From an uncultured Gemmatimonadaceae bacterium (GTDB taxonomy: Bacteria > Gemmatimonadota > Gemmatimonadetes > Gemmatimonadales > Gemmatimonadaceae): DNA of 64,000 nt. Positions within the stretch are counted from its first letter, which is position 1, and the number at the start of each line of letters is the position of its first letter. The position numbers were made by a program, and so were the translations under genes. Below are positions 22,214 to 33,632 of the stretch, piece by piece. The stretch covers positions 384,001 to 448,000 of the forward strand of contig CAWBOC010000009.1 of the NCBI GenBank assembly GCA_963790305.1, written 5' to 3'. Under the pieces are notes generated by a model. That model was not told where the DNA came from, made no database searches, and worked only from the letters and a program-made list of their open reading frames with translations.

Positions 22214-23047
22214 TTAGCTGGTCGTCGCCTTCCCCCGCTTGCGGCCGCGTACGATCAGCCGCTGCGAGGACTTCTTCTTGTTCCGGGTCTTCACCCCTTC
22301 CTTCTTGCCCCACGGACTGACGACGTTGCGTCCACCGCGCGTGCGGCCGCCGTGCGGATGATCGACCGGGTTCATGACCTCACCGCGGACCTTCGGGCGC
22401 CGTCCGAGCCAGCGCGTCTTGCCCGCCTTGCCGTGCGACTGCAGCTCGTGCTCGGCATTGCCCACCTCGCCAATCGTGGCGAGACAGTTTCCGTGCACCA
22501 GGCGCACTTCGGTCGACGGCATCTTCAGCGTGACGTACTCGCCTTCCTTCGCGACGACCTGGAGGCTCGTACCGGCCGAGCGCGCCAGCTGTCCGCCGCG
22601 GCCAATGCGCAGCTCGACGTTATGCACCGAGGTGCCGAGCGGAATCTCGCGAAGCGGCAGCGCGTTCCCGGTCCGGATATCCGCCCCCGGACCCGACGAC
22701 ACCGAATCGCCGACTCCCAGCCCCTTCGGGTGCAGGATGTAGCGCTTCTCGCCGTCGGTATACTCGACGAGCGCGATACGCGCCGAGCGGTTGGGATCGT
22801 ACTCGATCTCGCGCACCACGGCGGCGATGCCGTGCTTGTTGCGCTTGAAGTCGATCACGCGATACTTGCGCTTGTGCCCGCCACCGCGCCGCCGCATCGA
22901 GATGTGGCCGTGATTGTCGCGGCCTCCCGACTTCTTGAGCGGCTCGGTCAGCGACTTCTCCGGCGTGGAGCGCGTGATCTCCGCGAAATCGGAGACCGAA
23001 CGAAAGCGCGTCGCGGCCGTGACCGGCTTGAATTGACGAATCGGCAT
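22214..23047 (-). CDS. rplB: 50S ribosomal protein L2
   Basis: [22 protein letters not shown]. Confidence 0.98.
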   Translation of the reverse strand: MPIRQFKPVTAATRFRSVSDFAEITRSTPEKSLTEPLKKSGGRDNHGHISMRRRGGGHKRKYRVIDFKRNKHGIAAVVREIEYDPNRSARIALVEYTDGEKRYILHPKGLGVGDSVSSGPGADIRTGNALPLREIPLGTSVHNVELRIGRGGQLARSAGTSLQVVAKEGEYVTLKMPSTEVRLVHGNCLATIGEVGNAEHELQSHGKAGKTRWLGRRPKVRGEVMNPVDHPHGGRTRGGRNVVSPWGKKEGVKTRNKKKSSQRLIVRGRKRGKATTS

Positions 23048-23050
23048 GCC

Positions 23051-23341
23051 TCAGCCCTCGAAGATTTCCTCGATCGTTTCCCCTTCGCGGAGACGCACGA
23101 TCGCTTTTTTCCAGTTGTTGCGCGTGCCGACGCTCTTGCCCACCCGCCGCGTCTTGCCACGCCGGTTCGACGTCCACACACCCTCGACGTGCACACCGAA
23201 CAGCTCCTCGATCGCCTGCTTGATCGCCGGCTTCGTCGCCTTCGGATGCACCTCGAACGTGTACTCCTGCCGCTCGTGGAACGCCGCCGAGCTCTTTTCC
23301 GTGATCACCGGACGGACCACGATCTCATGAACGGTCGGCAT
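23051..23341 (-). CDS. rplW: 50S ribosomal protein L23
   Basis: PVITEKS, WKKAIV. Confidence 0.96.
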   Translation of the reverse strand: MPTVHEIVVRPVITEKSSAAFHERQEYTFEVHPKATKPAIKQAIEELFGVHVEGVWTSNRRGKTRRVGKSVGTRNNWKKAIVRLREGETIEEIFEG

Positions 23342-23344
23342 CGG

Positions 23345-24214
23345 TTACTTCCCCTTCTTCTTGTCGCCACCCTTCTTCCGGGGCGCGGACTTTTTCCGGG
23401 CCGCCGTCGTGCCGCCTGCCTTACGAGCGGACTTCTTCGCCGCGGCCTTGCGAGCGGCCGGCTTGGCGGCCTTGCGTGCACCCTTCTTCTTCGGCGCGGC
23501 CTTCGCTTCGCCCGCCGTCTTCGCCGCGCGAGACTTCTTCGCGGCGCGCCGCGGACGCTTCGTCGGCTCCGTCTCCTCGACCGGCTCGAGCTCCTGACCC
23601 AGCGCGCCCGCCTCGACGAGCACGACATCAGACCAGAGCAGGTGGTAGGCGGACACATCGCCGTACGGCATCACCTGAACGTCCTGGAGGTTGCGCGCGC
23701 TCAGGTAGACGTTCTGGTTGATGCCGCTCGTCAGGATCAGGACCTTCCGTCCCACCAGATCGAGTCGGTCGAGCAGCGCCACGATGCGTTTGGTCTTCGG
23801 CGCGTCGAAGGCGAAGCGGTCCACGACGAACAGCGATTCTTCGCGCGCACGCGCGTTGAACGCGCTCTTGCGCGCGAGGGCCTTCACCTGGCGCGGCACA
23901 TCCTGCCGATAGCTGCGTGGCTGTGGGCCGAACACGGTACCACCGCCCACCCAGTGCGGCGCGCGGATCGAGCCCTGACGCGCACGCCCGGTGCCCTTCT
24001 GCTTCCACGGCTTCTGGTTGCCACCCACCACGTACTTGCGAATCTTCGTCGCCGCGGTTCCCTGGCGCTGGTTGGCGAGGAACGCCTTCACCGCCTGGTG
24101 CAGCACGGGCATGTTCACCGTCCCGTCGAACATCTCCTCGGGCAGCGCCACGCGCTCCCGCTCCGTGCCTAGCGCCGTGTATGCGGCGGCGTTCAGTGTC
24201 TCGGTTTCAGCCAT
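23345..24214 (-). CDS. rplD: 50S ribosomal protein L4 with Lys/Ala-rich C-terminal tail
   Basis: KPWKQKGTGRARQG. Confidence 0.96.
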   Translation of the reverse strand: MAETETLNAAAYTALGTERERVALPEEMFDGTVNMPVLHQAVKAFLANQRQGTAATKIRKYVVGGNQKPWKQKGTGRARQGSIRAPHWVGGGTVFGPQPRSYRQDVPRQVKALARKSAFNARAREESLFVVDRFAFDAPKTKRIVALLDRLDLVGRKVLILTSGINQNVYLSARNLQDVQVMPYGDVSAYHLLWSDVVLVEAGALGQELEPVEETEPTKRPRRAAKKSRAAKTAGEAKAAPKKKGARKAAKPAARKAAAKKSARKAGGTTAARKKSAPRKKGGDKKKGK

Positions 24215-24218
24215 GCGG

Positions 24219-24902
24219 TCAGCCCTGCTTGCGGACGAGGAGGATCCCGTTCGTGGGACCAGCCACCGCGCCGCGGATGTAGATGAGGTTCCGTTCCACG
24301 TCGATCTTCTCGACGCGAAGGTTCGTTTCCGTGTGCCGCGCCGCGCCGTAATGTCCGGGCATCTTCTTGCCCTTGATCACGCGCGACGGATCGGTGCCCG
24401 GACCGATCGAGCCCGGACGACGATGCTTGGTATTGCCGTGCGTGTTCGGCCCGCCGCCGATGCCATACCGCTTGACGACACCCTGAAAGCCCCGGCCCTT
24501 CGACGTGCCGGTGACCTTCACTTTCTCCCCGGGCGCGAAGATGTCGACCTTCACCACGTCGCCGATCTTGTAGACGGGGATCTCCGGGTTTTTCCCCGGC
24601 GCGTCGTCGATGCGGAAGCTGCGAAGCACGGCGGGCGGCGCCTCGAGCCCCGCCTTCGCGGCATGCCCAACCTCGGCCTTCGACGCGCGACGTCCGCGTG
24701 GCGTCCGCTCGCCCGACTTCGACGCGCGACGCGTGCGCTGCTGCCCGTACCCGAGCTGAACGGACGCGTACCCCATCCGCTCCTTCTCGTTCACGAACAC
24801 CACCGGATTCGGCGGCGCCTCGACGACCGTCACGGGGATCTGCTGCCCCGCCTCGTTGAAGATCTGGGTCATCCCCAGCTTCTTGCCAATGATTCCGATC
24901 AT
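24219..24902 (-). CDS. rplC: 50S ribosomal protein L3
   Basis: GKKLGMTQ, SKGRGFQG, KGKKMPGHYG. Confidence 0.97.
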   Translation of the reverse strand: MIGIIGKKLGMTQIFNEAGQQIPVTVVEAPPNPVVFVNEKERMGYASVQLGYGQQRTRRASKSGERTPRGRRASKAEVGHAAKAGLEAPPAVLRSFRIDDAPGKNPEIPVYKIGDVVKVDIFAPGEKVKVTGTSKGRGFQGVVKRYGIGGGPNTHGNTKHRRPGSIGPGTDPSRVIKGKKMPGHYGAARHTETNLRVEKIDVERNLIYIRGAVAGPTNGILLVRKQG

Positions 24903-24906
24903 GAGC

Positions 24907-25215
24907 TCACTCGACCTTGATCTCGACGTCCACGCCAGCGGGCAGATCGAGCTTCGTCAACGCGTCCACCGTCTGGGCACGCGAATCGAGAATGTCGATG
25001 ACGCGCTTGTGCGTCTTGAGCTCGAACTGCTCGCGCGACTTCTTGTCCACGTGCGGCGACCGCAACACCGTCCAGCGCTGCGTCTTCGTCGGCAGCGGAA
25101 TCGGCCCCGACACCTGCGCGCCCGTCTTCTCCGCCGTGCGCACGATGTCCGCCGATGCCTGATCGATGACGGCGTGGTCGAACGCCTTGAGACGAATTCG
25201 GATTCTGCCTGCCAT
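24907..25215 (-). CDS. rpsJ: 30S ribosomal protein S10
   Basis: [23 protein letters not shown]. Confidence 0.98.
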   Translation of the reverse strand: MAGRIRIRLKAFDHAVIDQASADIVRTAEKTGAQVSGPIPLPTKTQRWTVLRSPHVDKKSREQFELKTHKRVIDILDSRAQTVDALTKLDLPAGVDVEIKVE

Positions 25216-25230
25216 GAGAGTTCCTTGTCA

Positions 25231-25281
25231 GAATGCGGAAGGCGGAATGCGGATACTATTCCGCATTCCGAATTCCGTATT
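25231..25281. repeat. (AATGCGG)n hairpin, copy 4 (downstream of tuf)
   Basis: gaatgcggaaggcggaatgcgga ... tccgcattccgaattccgtatt. Confidence 0.85.
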
Positions 25282-25284
25282 GGC

Positions 25285-26478
<1,194 letters not shown>

Positions 26479-26501
26479 GGTGTGTGTCGGATCCCGTGTC
26501 A

Positions 26502-26559
26502 GAATGCGGAAGTCGGAATGCGGAAGGTGTTATCCGCATTCCGCAATCCGCATTCGGCA
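26502..26559. repeat. (AATGCGG)n hairpin, copy 5 (fusA-tuf spacer)
   Basis: gaatgcggaagtcggaatgcgga ... tccgcattccgcaatccgcattc. Confidence 0.85.
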
Positions 26560-28656
<2,097 letters not shown>

Positions 28657-29015
28657 ATCTATCGAAATCTCGCCGTAGCGGCTGTAGTCGCGTCCAGAAA
28701 ATTCATCCAGCAAAAATGCGGGTGGACCGTGACGCCCCTTGAGACAGGAGCCGGTATCCATCCGCTGCCGCCGGGTGCACTCGCCACTGTCGCGCGAATG
28801 GGGACCCAAGGGCGCGCCGAGCAAATGCTCGGCGATCAATTGTCCTGCGTCGCTTTTCGGGAGCGTCAGCGTCCTATGCGCCTTCGCCGGTTCGTCGAGT
28901 TGACGACGCCCCGATCGTTCCGAGGCTCCCCCGCGCCGTTCGCGGGCCCATAATTGCCGGCTCGCAGTTAGCCAGGCTAGTCACGAGCACCGCGACTGCC
29001 GGTGCACCGTAGCCT
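28657..29015 (-). promoter_or_regulatory. Long structured 5' leader of fusA (candidate cis-regulatory RNA/attenuator)
   Basis: About 360 nt without a convincing ORF. Long stem at 28718-28765 followed by ATTTTT on the minus strand; hairpin at 28815-28834. Confidence 0.45.
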
Positions 29016-29019
29016 GTGA

Positions 29020-29047
29020 AATGTATTGAAGTTGCGAGCGGTGTCAA
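29020..29047 (-). promoter_or_regulatory. Sigma70-like promoter for fusA-tuf-S10
   Basis: TTGACA-16 nt-TACATT on the minus strand. Confidence 0.6.
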
Positions 29048-29074
29048 CGGGACGAGTCACCGTTGATTCAGCGC

Positions 29075-30238
29075 TCACACGCGCACGAATGCGCGTGCGA
29101 AGCCCACCGATTCCGCCAGCCGGCGAGCGGCTGAGCGCGGGGCTGTCAGTCCGTCAGTCAGCCAGATCGACATCTCGGGATTCTGCCAGGGCCGAGCGTT
29201 TCCGTGGCCACTCCAGCGGGGGCGGAGCGCGGCCGACCAGATGAGCTCGCCAAGCCTTACCGAGGGACACGCCCGCCCTTCAGCGATCTGCCATGTGAAA
29301 TAGCGCTCGAGGCGATCGAGCACGAAGCCCGGCGTCGGGGGCTCCATCGCCCGAAGCGCCGCCGCCGGGACGTCGACCCCGGCCAGGCGATGCGCGAGGC
29401 GGAGCGTCCAATAGACACACGTGGTCGCCCGGGCCGCTCGTGCCCGGCTCTCGCAGAGGGCCCAGTCCACTCCGCCTCGCTCCGTCAGCGCGGCGACGTC
29501 GCGCAACGCGCGCCACGCTCCGCCGTTCATCATGTGAGACCACACCCAGTGCCCGCACAGATACACGAGATGGTCTTCAACTGAAGGGATGAGGATCCCT
29601 CGTCGGGCCCCGCGCACCGCGGTGCCGCGACTGGCCACCGCCTCGGCGTCGAGCACAAACGGATGCCTCGCGGGAAACAGACCGGTGTGAAGCTCGAGCA
29701 GGGCCCGCGTGCCGCGGGCGTCCCGCAGCGGCGGCAGGTGGTGGTGGGTCGAGAAGAATGGCGCGTATCGCACGTCGTGCTTCCACACCCAGCCTGATGA
29801 CGCCGCCGCGACGCGTGCAGCGTCGGTCTCCGCAGCGGGCACGAGGACATCGAGATCCAGCATCGGCCGGTCGACGATGGATTCGTAAACACTCCGCGCG
29901 AGGGCCGCACCCTTGAGCAAGACCGTGCGAATACCGGCCGCCTCGAACGCGGCAATGGTCTCGTCGAGACGCTCGTCCATGCGCTGCAGCTCGAACTCCT
30001 CGACCATCGCCAGGCGTCCCATGTCGCCCGCTGCCGATGGCAGGCGTCCGCCTAACGCGTCACGGACGCGGCGCGCCACAACGGGAACGGCGCGCGCTGC
30101 GACAGCCATACGCGTCACAAGACCCCACCGGACTGCACCGACGGCAATCCGGGCTATCTCGGCGTCGTTGCTGCGCGGACCGGCGCAGAGAAACACCAGC
30201 CGTGCTTCAGCGCCGATCGACGGCTCACGCATCAGCAT
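29075..30238 (-). CDS. Nucleotidyltransferase-family protein (NTP_transf_5-like), lasso cluster tailoring enzyme
   Basis: LLKGAALA..RPMLDLDVLV (DxD), LELH; last gene of the lasso operon. Confidence 0.8.
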   Translation of the reverse strand: MLMREPSIGAEARLVFLCAGPRSNDAEIARIAVGAVRWGLVTRMAVAARAVPVVARRVRDALGGRLPSAAGDMGRLAMVEEFELQRMDERLDETIAAFEAAGIRTVLLKGAALARSVYESIVDRPMLDLDVLVPAAETDAARVAAASSGWVWKHDVRYAPFFSTHHHLPPLRDARGTRALLELHTGLFPARHPFVLDAEAVASRGTAVRGARRGILIPSVEDHLVYLCGHWVWSHMMNGGAWRALRDVAALTERGGVDWALCESRARAARATTCVYWTLRLAHRLAGVDVPAAALRAMEPPTPGFVLDRLERYFTWQIAEGRACPSVRLGELIWSAALRPRWSGHGNARPWQNPEMSIWLTDGLTAPRSAARRLAESVGFARAFVRV

Positions 30239-30239
30239 G

Positions 30240-31040
30240 TCAGTAGTGCGCCAGGGTCCCGGCACGCCGGGCGTATCGCATGCCAATCACGAATGCTCCC
30301 GTTCCAATGGCCAACAGCACGACGGCCATCGCCGCGAGGGTCAGCACGTCCGGAAGCACTTCGCGGAAGGCGACGCCATCGAGCCACACCCGCCGAAGAG
30401 CACGCAACCCATAAGTCAGAGGGATGACCCCGGATAGCGACTGAATCCACGAGGGGATGACCGAGGTCGGATAGTAGACGCCTCCGAGCAGACCGGAGAG
30501 AAGCAACACGGCCTGCGGCAAGGGTCCCGTCGTCCGAAACGCGAGCACCATCGCCGCCGCCATCAAGCCAATGGCGAAGTACGCCGCGGTGATCAGCGCC
30601 AGAATCAGGAGCGCGAAGCCGCTATGACCCGCGCTCAGCCGAACGCCAAGGATCACGGCCATCACAATGGTGAGCGCGCCCCGCACCGCCGTCCAAGTGA
30701 ACGCGTATCCAACGAGCCCGGCGATCAACAATGCGAGGCGCGCGCGCGTGGAGAGCATTGCCTCGAGCGTGCCGGTCGCGATTCCCGACGCGACTGCTCC
30801 GGATACGGCGTTCACCGCCGTCGAGAGAAACGAGAACGCCAGCACCCCCACGACGAGAAAGCCAAAGTAATGTCCGCCTTCGTTGCTGATCCGCTCGGCA
30901 ATCACTGGCTGAAGCGCACCGGCGACGAAGTACATCGGGAGGATCGTGACGATCAGGCCACCAATCGACATCAGCATGCCGAGACGATAGCTCGTCGCGG
31001 TAAGCCAGCTGGCGCGCATGAGCGCGAGGGCTTCACGCAT
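30240..31040 (-). CDS. ABC-2-type transporter permease
   Basis: About 6 TM segments, GTLEAML, GGVYYP..IPSW..IPLTYG. Confidence 0.88.
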   Translation of the reverse strand: MREALALMRASWLTATSYRLGMLMSIGGLIVTILPMYFVAGALQPVIAERISNEGGHYFGFLVVGVLAFSFLSTAVNAVSGAVASGIATGTLEAMLSTRARLALLIAGLVGYAFTWTAVRGALTIVMAVILGVRLSAGHSGFALLILALITAAYFAIGLMAAAMVLAFRTTGPLPQAVLLLSGLLGGVYYPTSVIPSWIQSLSGVIPLTYGLRALRRVWLDGVAFREVLPDVLTLAAMAVVLLAIGTGAFVIGMRYARRAGTLAHY

Positions 31041-32091
31041 CCGAACCCTCCTTGCGACGCGCGACGATGCGGTCGAGAAGCTCGGCCAGCGTGAGTGGCG
31101 CGCGCTCGAAGCGCGCGACCCGTACACCCGCGCACGTCAACAGATCGAGCACGCGTGCGGCATCATCGAGGCCGCCTGGAACGTCAACGTCAATGCGGGT
31201 CCATCCGTCTTCCTGCACGCCACCGCTGACGTGCGCGATCACGCCCCGCTCACCGAGGGCGTGCCAGGCGGGGTGCTGAGCGTCTCGCGTCCACGCCCGG
31301 TACCGGGCATCCCCGACTTCGCGCGCGAGCTGCTCAACCGGCCCGGTCGCGAGCAGGCGACCGCGGTCCAGCACCGCCACCCGATCGCAAAGGCCGAACG
31401 CCTCCTCCGCACTGTGCGTCGCGAGCAGAACCGTGCATCCCTGACGTCCGACGAGCTCGTCGCGCAGAAAGACGCGCAACGCACGCGCCGAAATCGGGTC
31501 GAGACTTCGCGTGGGCTCATCGAGCAGAAGAACGCGCGGGCGCGCGAGCAAGGCGCGCGCAATGAGCAGCCGCTGCTTCATCCCTGACGAAAACGTGCCC
31601 ACCAGCTGAGTCGTCGTGGCATCCAATCCCACCAGACCGAGGAGCTCGCGCACCCGGACTGCGACCTCGGCACGAGGAACGCCGTGCAGCGCGGAGAACA
31701 GCCGGAGGTTCTCCGTCGCGGTCAAGCGCCAGTGGAGCGACCGCTCGTCGGCGATGACCGGCGCCAGCACACGCCGCGTGGTGGCCGGGCTGCGCACGAC
31801 GTCATGTCCGAGGACAGTCGCTCGCCCGGTATCCGGCAGGATGAGCGTCGACAGCACCTTGAAGAGCGTGGTCTTCCCAGCGCCGTTCGGCCCGAGCAGC
31901 CCGACGAACTCTCCTTCGTTGACCTCGAGATCGACGTTCGCGAGGGCGAGCCGGGTTTCGCGCGTCAGCGGAGCGCGCATCGCGACGCTCAACGGGCGGC
32001 GAACCGCGAATCGCTTGCTCAACCCGACGATCGAGATCGCACTCGCCGTCCGCGTGGCGCAGAGAACCGTGGGCGCGGCCACCAGGGTCAT
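31033..32091 (-). CDS. ABC transporter ATP-binding protein (exporter)
   Basis: GPNGAGKT, FSSGMKQR, LLLDEP, ATH; ATGA overlap with the kinase. Confidence 0.92.
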   Translation of the reverse strand: MTLVAAPTVLCATRTASAISIVGLSKRFAVRRPLSVAMRAPLTRETRLALANVDLEVNEGEFVGLLGPNGAGKTTLFKVLSTLILPDTGRATVLGHDVVRSPATTRRVLAPVIADERSLHWRLTATENLRLFSALHGVPRAEVAVRVRELLGLVGLDATTTQLVGTFSSGMKQRLLIARALLARPRVLLLDEPTRSLDPISARALRVFLRDELVGRQGCTVLLATHSAEEAFGLCDRVAVLDRGRLLATGPVEQLAREVGDARYRAWTRDAQHPAWHALGERGVIAHVSGGVQEDGWTRIDVDVPGGLDDAARVLDLLTCAGVRVARFERAPLTLAELLDRIVARRKEGSDA

Positions 32092-33035
32092 ACCGAGCCC
32101 GCTCCTACGCCGTCGGCATGCCACGCGAGCACATCGGCGACGACCTCATCCAGTCGCGTGAAATCACGAGAGACCTCGAGCAGTCGCACCGGGACGCGCC
32201 GCGCCAGCGCGACGACTCGGTCGAGCAGCGCCACCGCTTCGCAACCGGTGAGAAGAGGTGCGATCTTCGCGTGGCGAACGAGCGAGAGCGCCGAGGGCAC
32301 CGGTGGCAAGGCGCTTACGCGAGCCGCTGCGCCGCCGGGAAGCGCGGTCACCGGTGACAGCAAGTACAGCGCGGCGATCGGCACCGCCTCAGCCTGGAGC
32401 CGGTCGATCTCGAGCGCGTCAACGACCATCCGGTCGCCCGACGGGCGCGCCTCACGAGGGGCGGGCGGCAGCCGCGTCGCCGCATCGGAGCGAAGCCGAA
32501 GCTCGTGGACGCCCGGGAATGCGAGAGGCCCGCCGTCGAGCTGAACGCGGAGCGTGTCGTCGGTGAGAAGTCGCGCGCCGGCTCGCACGAGGGCCCACGC
32601 GAGCGTGGATTTTCCGAAGCCCTTCGAGCCGAGAAACGCGATCGCCTCGCGTTCGATCGCGACGGCACTGGCGTGAAAGCAGACGTCGCCAGCAGCGTGC
32701 ATTGCCGTCGCGAGGACTCGGCCCATGATGTCGACGCGCGCGGCGTCTTCGGACACGGTCGCCGGGGCGCGCCAGATGATGGCGCCGCCCGAGGCATCGA
32801 TGTCGAAGCGCCCCGTGTCGTCATACATGAGATGCCAACCGCGACTCGATCGATAGAGACGCGCACTGGCGCTCGCGTCGACCTGGTCGCTGCCGAGCGC
32901 CTCGGCATCCCGGGGCATGGGCTCCGGTGCGTGGCGGTGCAGCGTCCAGGTGGGGCGTGCGGCCGTCAGCGCCCGCAGCGATGGACACTCGAGCGCGGTG
33001 CGGAGCACCCCTCCGAAAATCGCGTAGTCGGTCAC
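32088..33035 (-). CDS. HPr-kinase-like lasso peptide kinase (start uncertain, 33035-33080)
   Basis: FHASAV, GSKGFGKST Walker A, LLTDD; directly after the precursors. Confidence 0.8.
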   Translation of the reverse strand: MTDYAIFGGVLRTALECPSLRALTAARPTWTLHRHAPEPMPRDAEALGSDQVDASASARLYRSSRGWHLMYDDTGRFDIDASGGAIIWRAPATVSEDAARVDIMGRVLATAMHAAGDVCFHASAVAIEREAIAFLGSKGFGKSTLAWALVRAGARLLTDDTLRVQLDGGPLAFPGVHELRLRSDAATRLPPAPREARPSGDRMVVDALEIDRLQAEAVPIAALYLLSPVTALPGGAAARVSALPPVPSALSLVRHAKIAPLLTGCEAVALLDRVVALARRVPVRLLEVSRDFTRLDEVVADVLAWHADGVGAGSV

Positions 33036-33045
33036 TGCGGCTGGT

Positions 33046-33080
33046 GTGGCTGGGAGGTCGACCAGACCCTCCCGAGCCAC
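33046..33080 (-). other. Stem-loop immediately 3' of precursor A2
   Basis: gtggct-gggagg ... cctccc-g-agccac. Confidence 0.6.
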
Positions 33081-33087
33081 GGGAGCA

Positions 33088-33255
33088 TTACGAGCGTGAT
33101 CCGCAGGAACCACTGGAAGGGTACCAGTTGTTCCCATCGGACGTTACGCCGGTATCCGTGCTCGTGACGGTGAAGCCATCACAAGACCCGGTCACCCCGG
33201 CCTGGGTCAGCTCCCGGAACGTCCCGAAGCGCTGAACCTTGGGTTTCTCGTACAC
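33088..33255 (-). CDS. Lasso peptide precursor A2 (55 aa from GTG; alternative ATG at 33270)
   Basis: Leader YEKPKVQRFGTFRELTQ (YxxP, GxxxxxT, Thr at -2); core AGVTGSCD...CGSRS. Confidence 0.88.
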   Translation of the reverse strand: MYEKPKVQRFGTFRELTQAGVTGSCDGFTVTSTDTGVTSDGNNWYPSSGSCGSRS

Positions 33256-33327
33256 AGCATCTCCCTGCATAAAAGGTGAGCCTCCTTCCTACGGGAACGA
33301 CACACACACCTGCACGAGCCTAACGAA

Positions 33328-33360
33328 CTGAGACAGCGAGCCCTGTCCTCACTGTCCCAG
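33328..33360 (-). other. 13-bp stem-loop 3' of precursor A1
   Basis: Minus strand CTGGGACAGTGAG/CTCGCTGTCTCAG pairs fully only with two G-U wobbles. Confidence 0.65.
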
Positions 33361-33366
33361 GGACCA

Positions 33367-33543
33367 CTACGAACGCCCGCTGTTGATGTCACCATCCCAC
33401 GGGCATTCAGGGCGATTCGGCGCCCCACAGATGTTGTCGCCGCCAATTCCGAAGACGACGAGACCATCGTTGTCGCGGTCCCAGCCCGCCCGGGTGAGCT
33501 CGCGGAACGTACCGAAGCGTTCCACCCTGGGCTTTTCGTACAT
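33367..33543 (-). CDS. Lasso peptide precursor A1 (58 aa; hidden in the tail of a spurious 391-aa ORF)
   Basis: AAGGAGG SD; MYEKPRVERFGTFRELTR|AGWDRDNDG...SGRS; leader nearly identical to A2. Confidence 0.9.
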   Translation of the reverse strand: MYEKPRVERFGTFRELTRAGWDRDNDGLVVFGIGGDNICGAPNRPECPWDGDINSGRS

Positions 33544-33632
33544 GAGCCCTCCTTGATGCACGGTCGCCGGGTTCGCCCCCCGGCCGGGAGCGGGCCACAC
33601 CGGCCCGCGTGTCCGATCGTCGAAATCGACTG

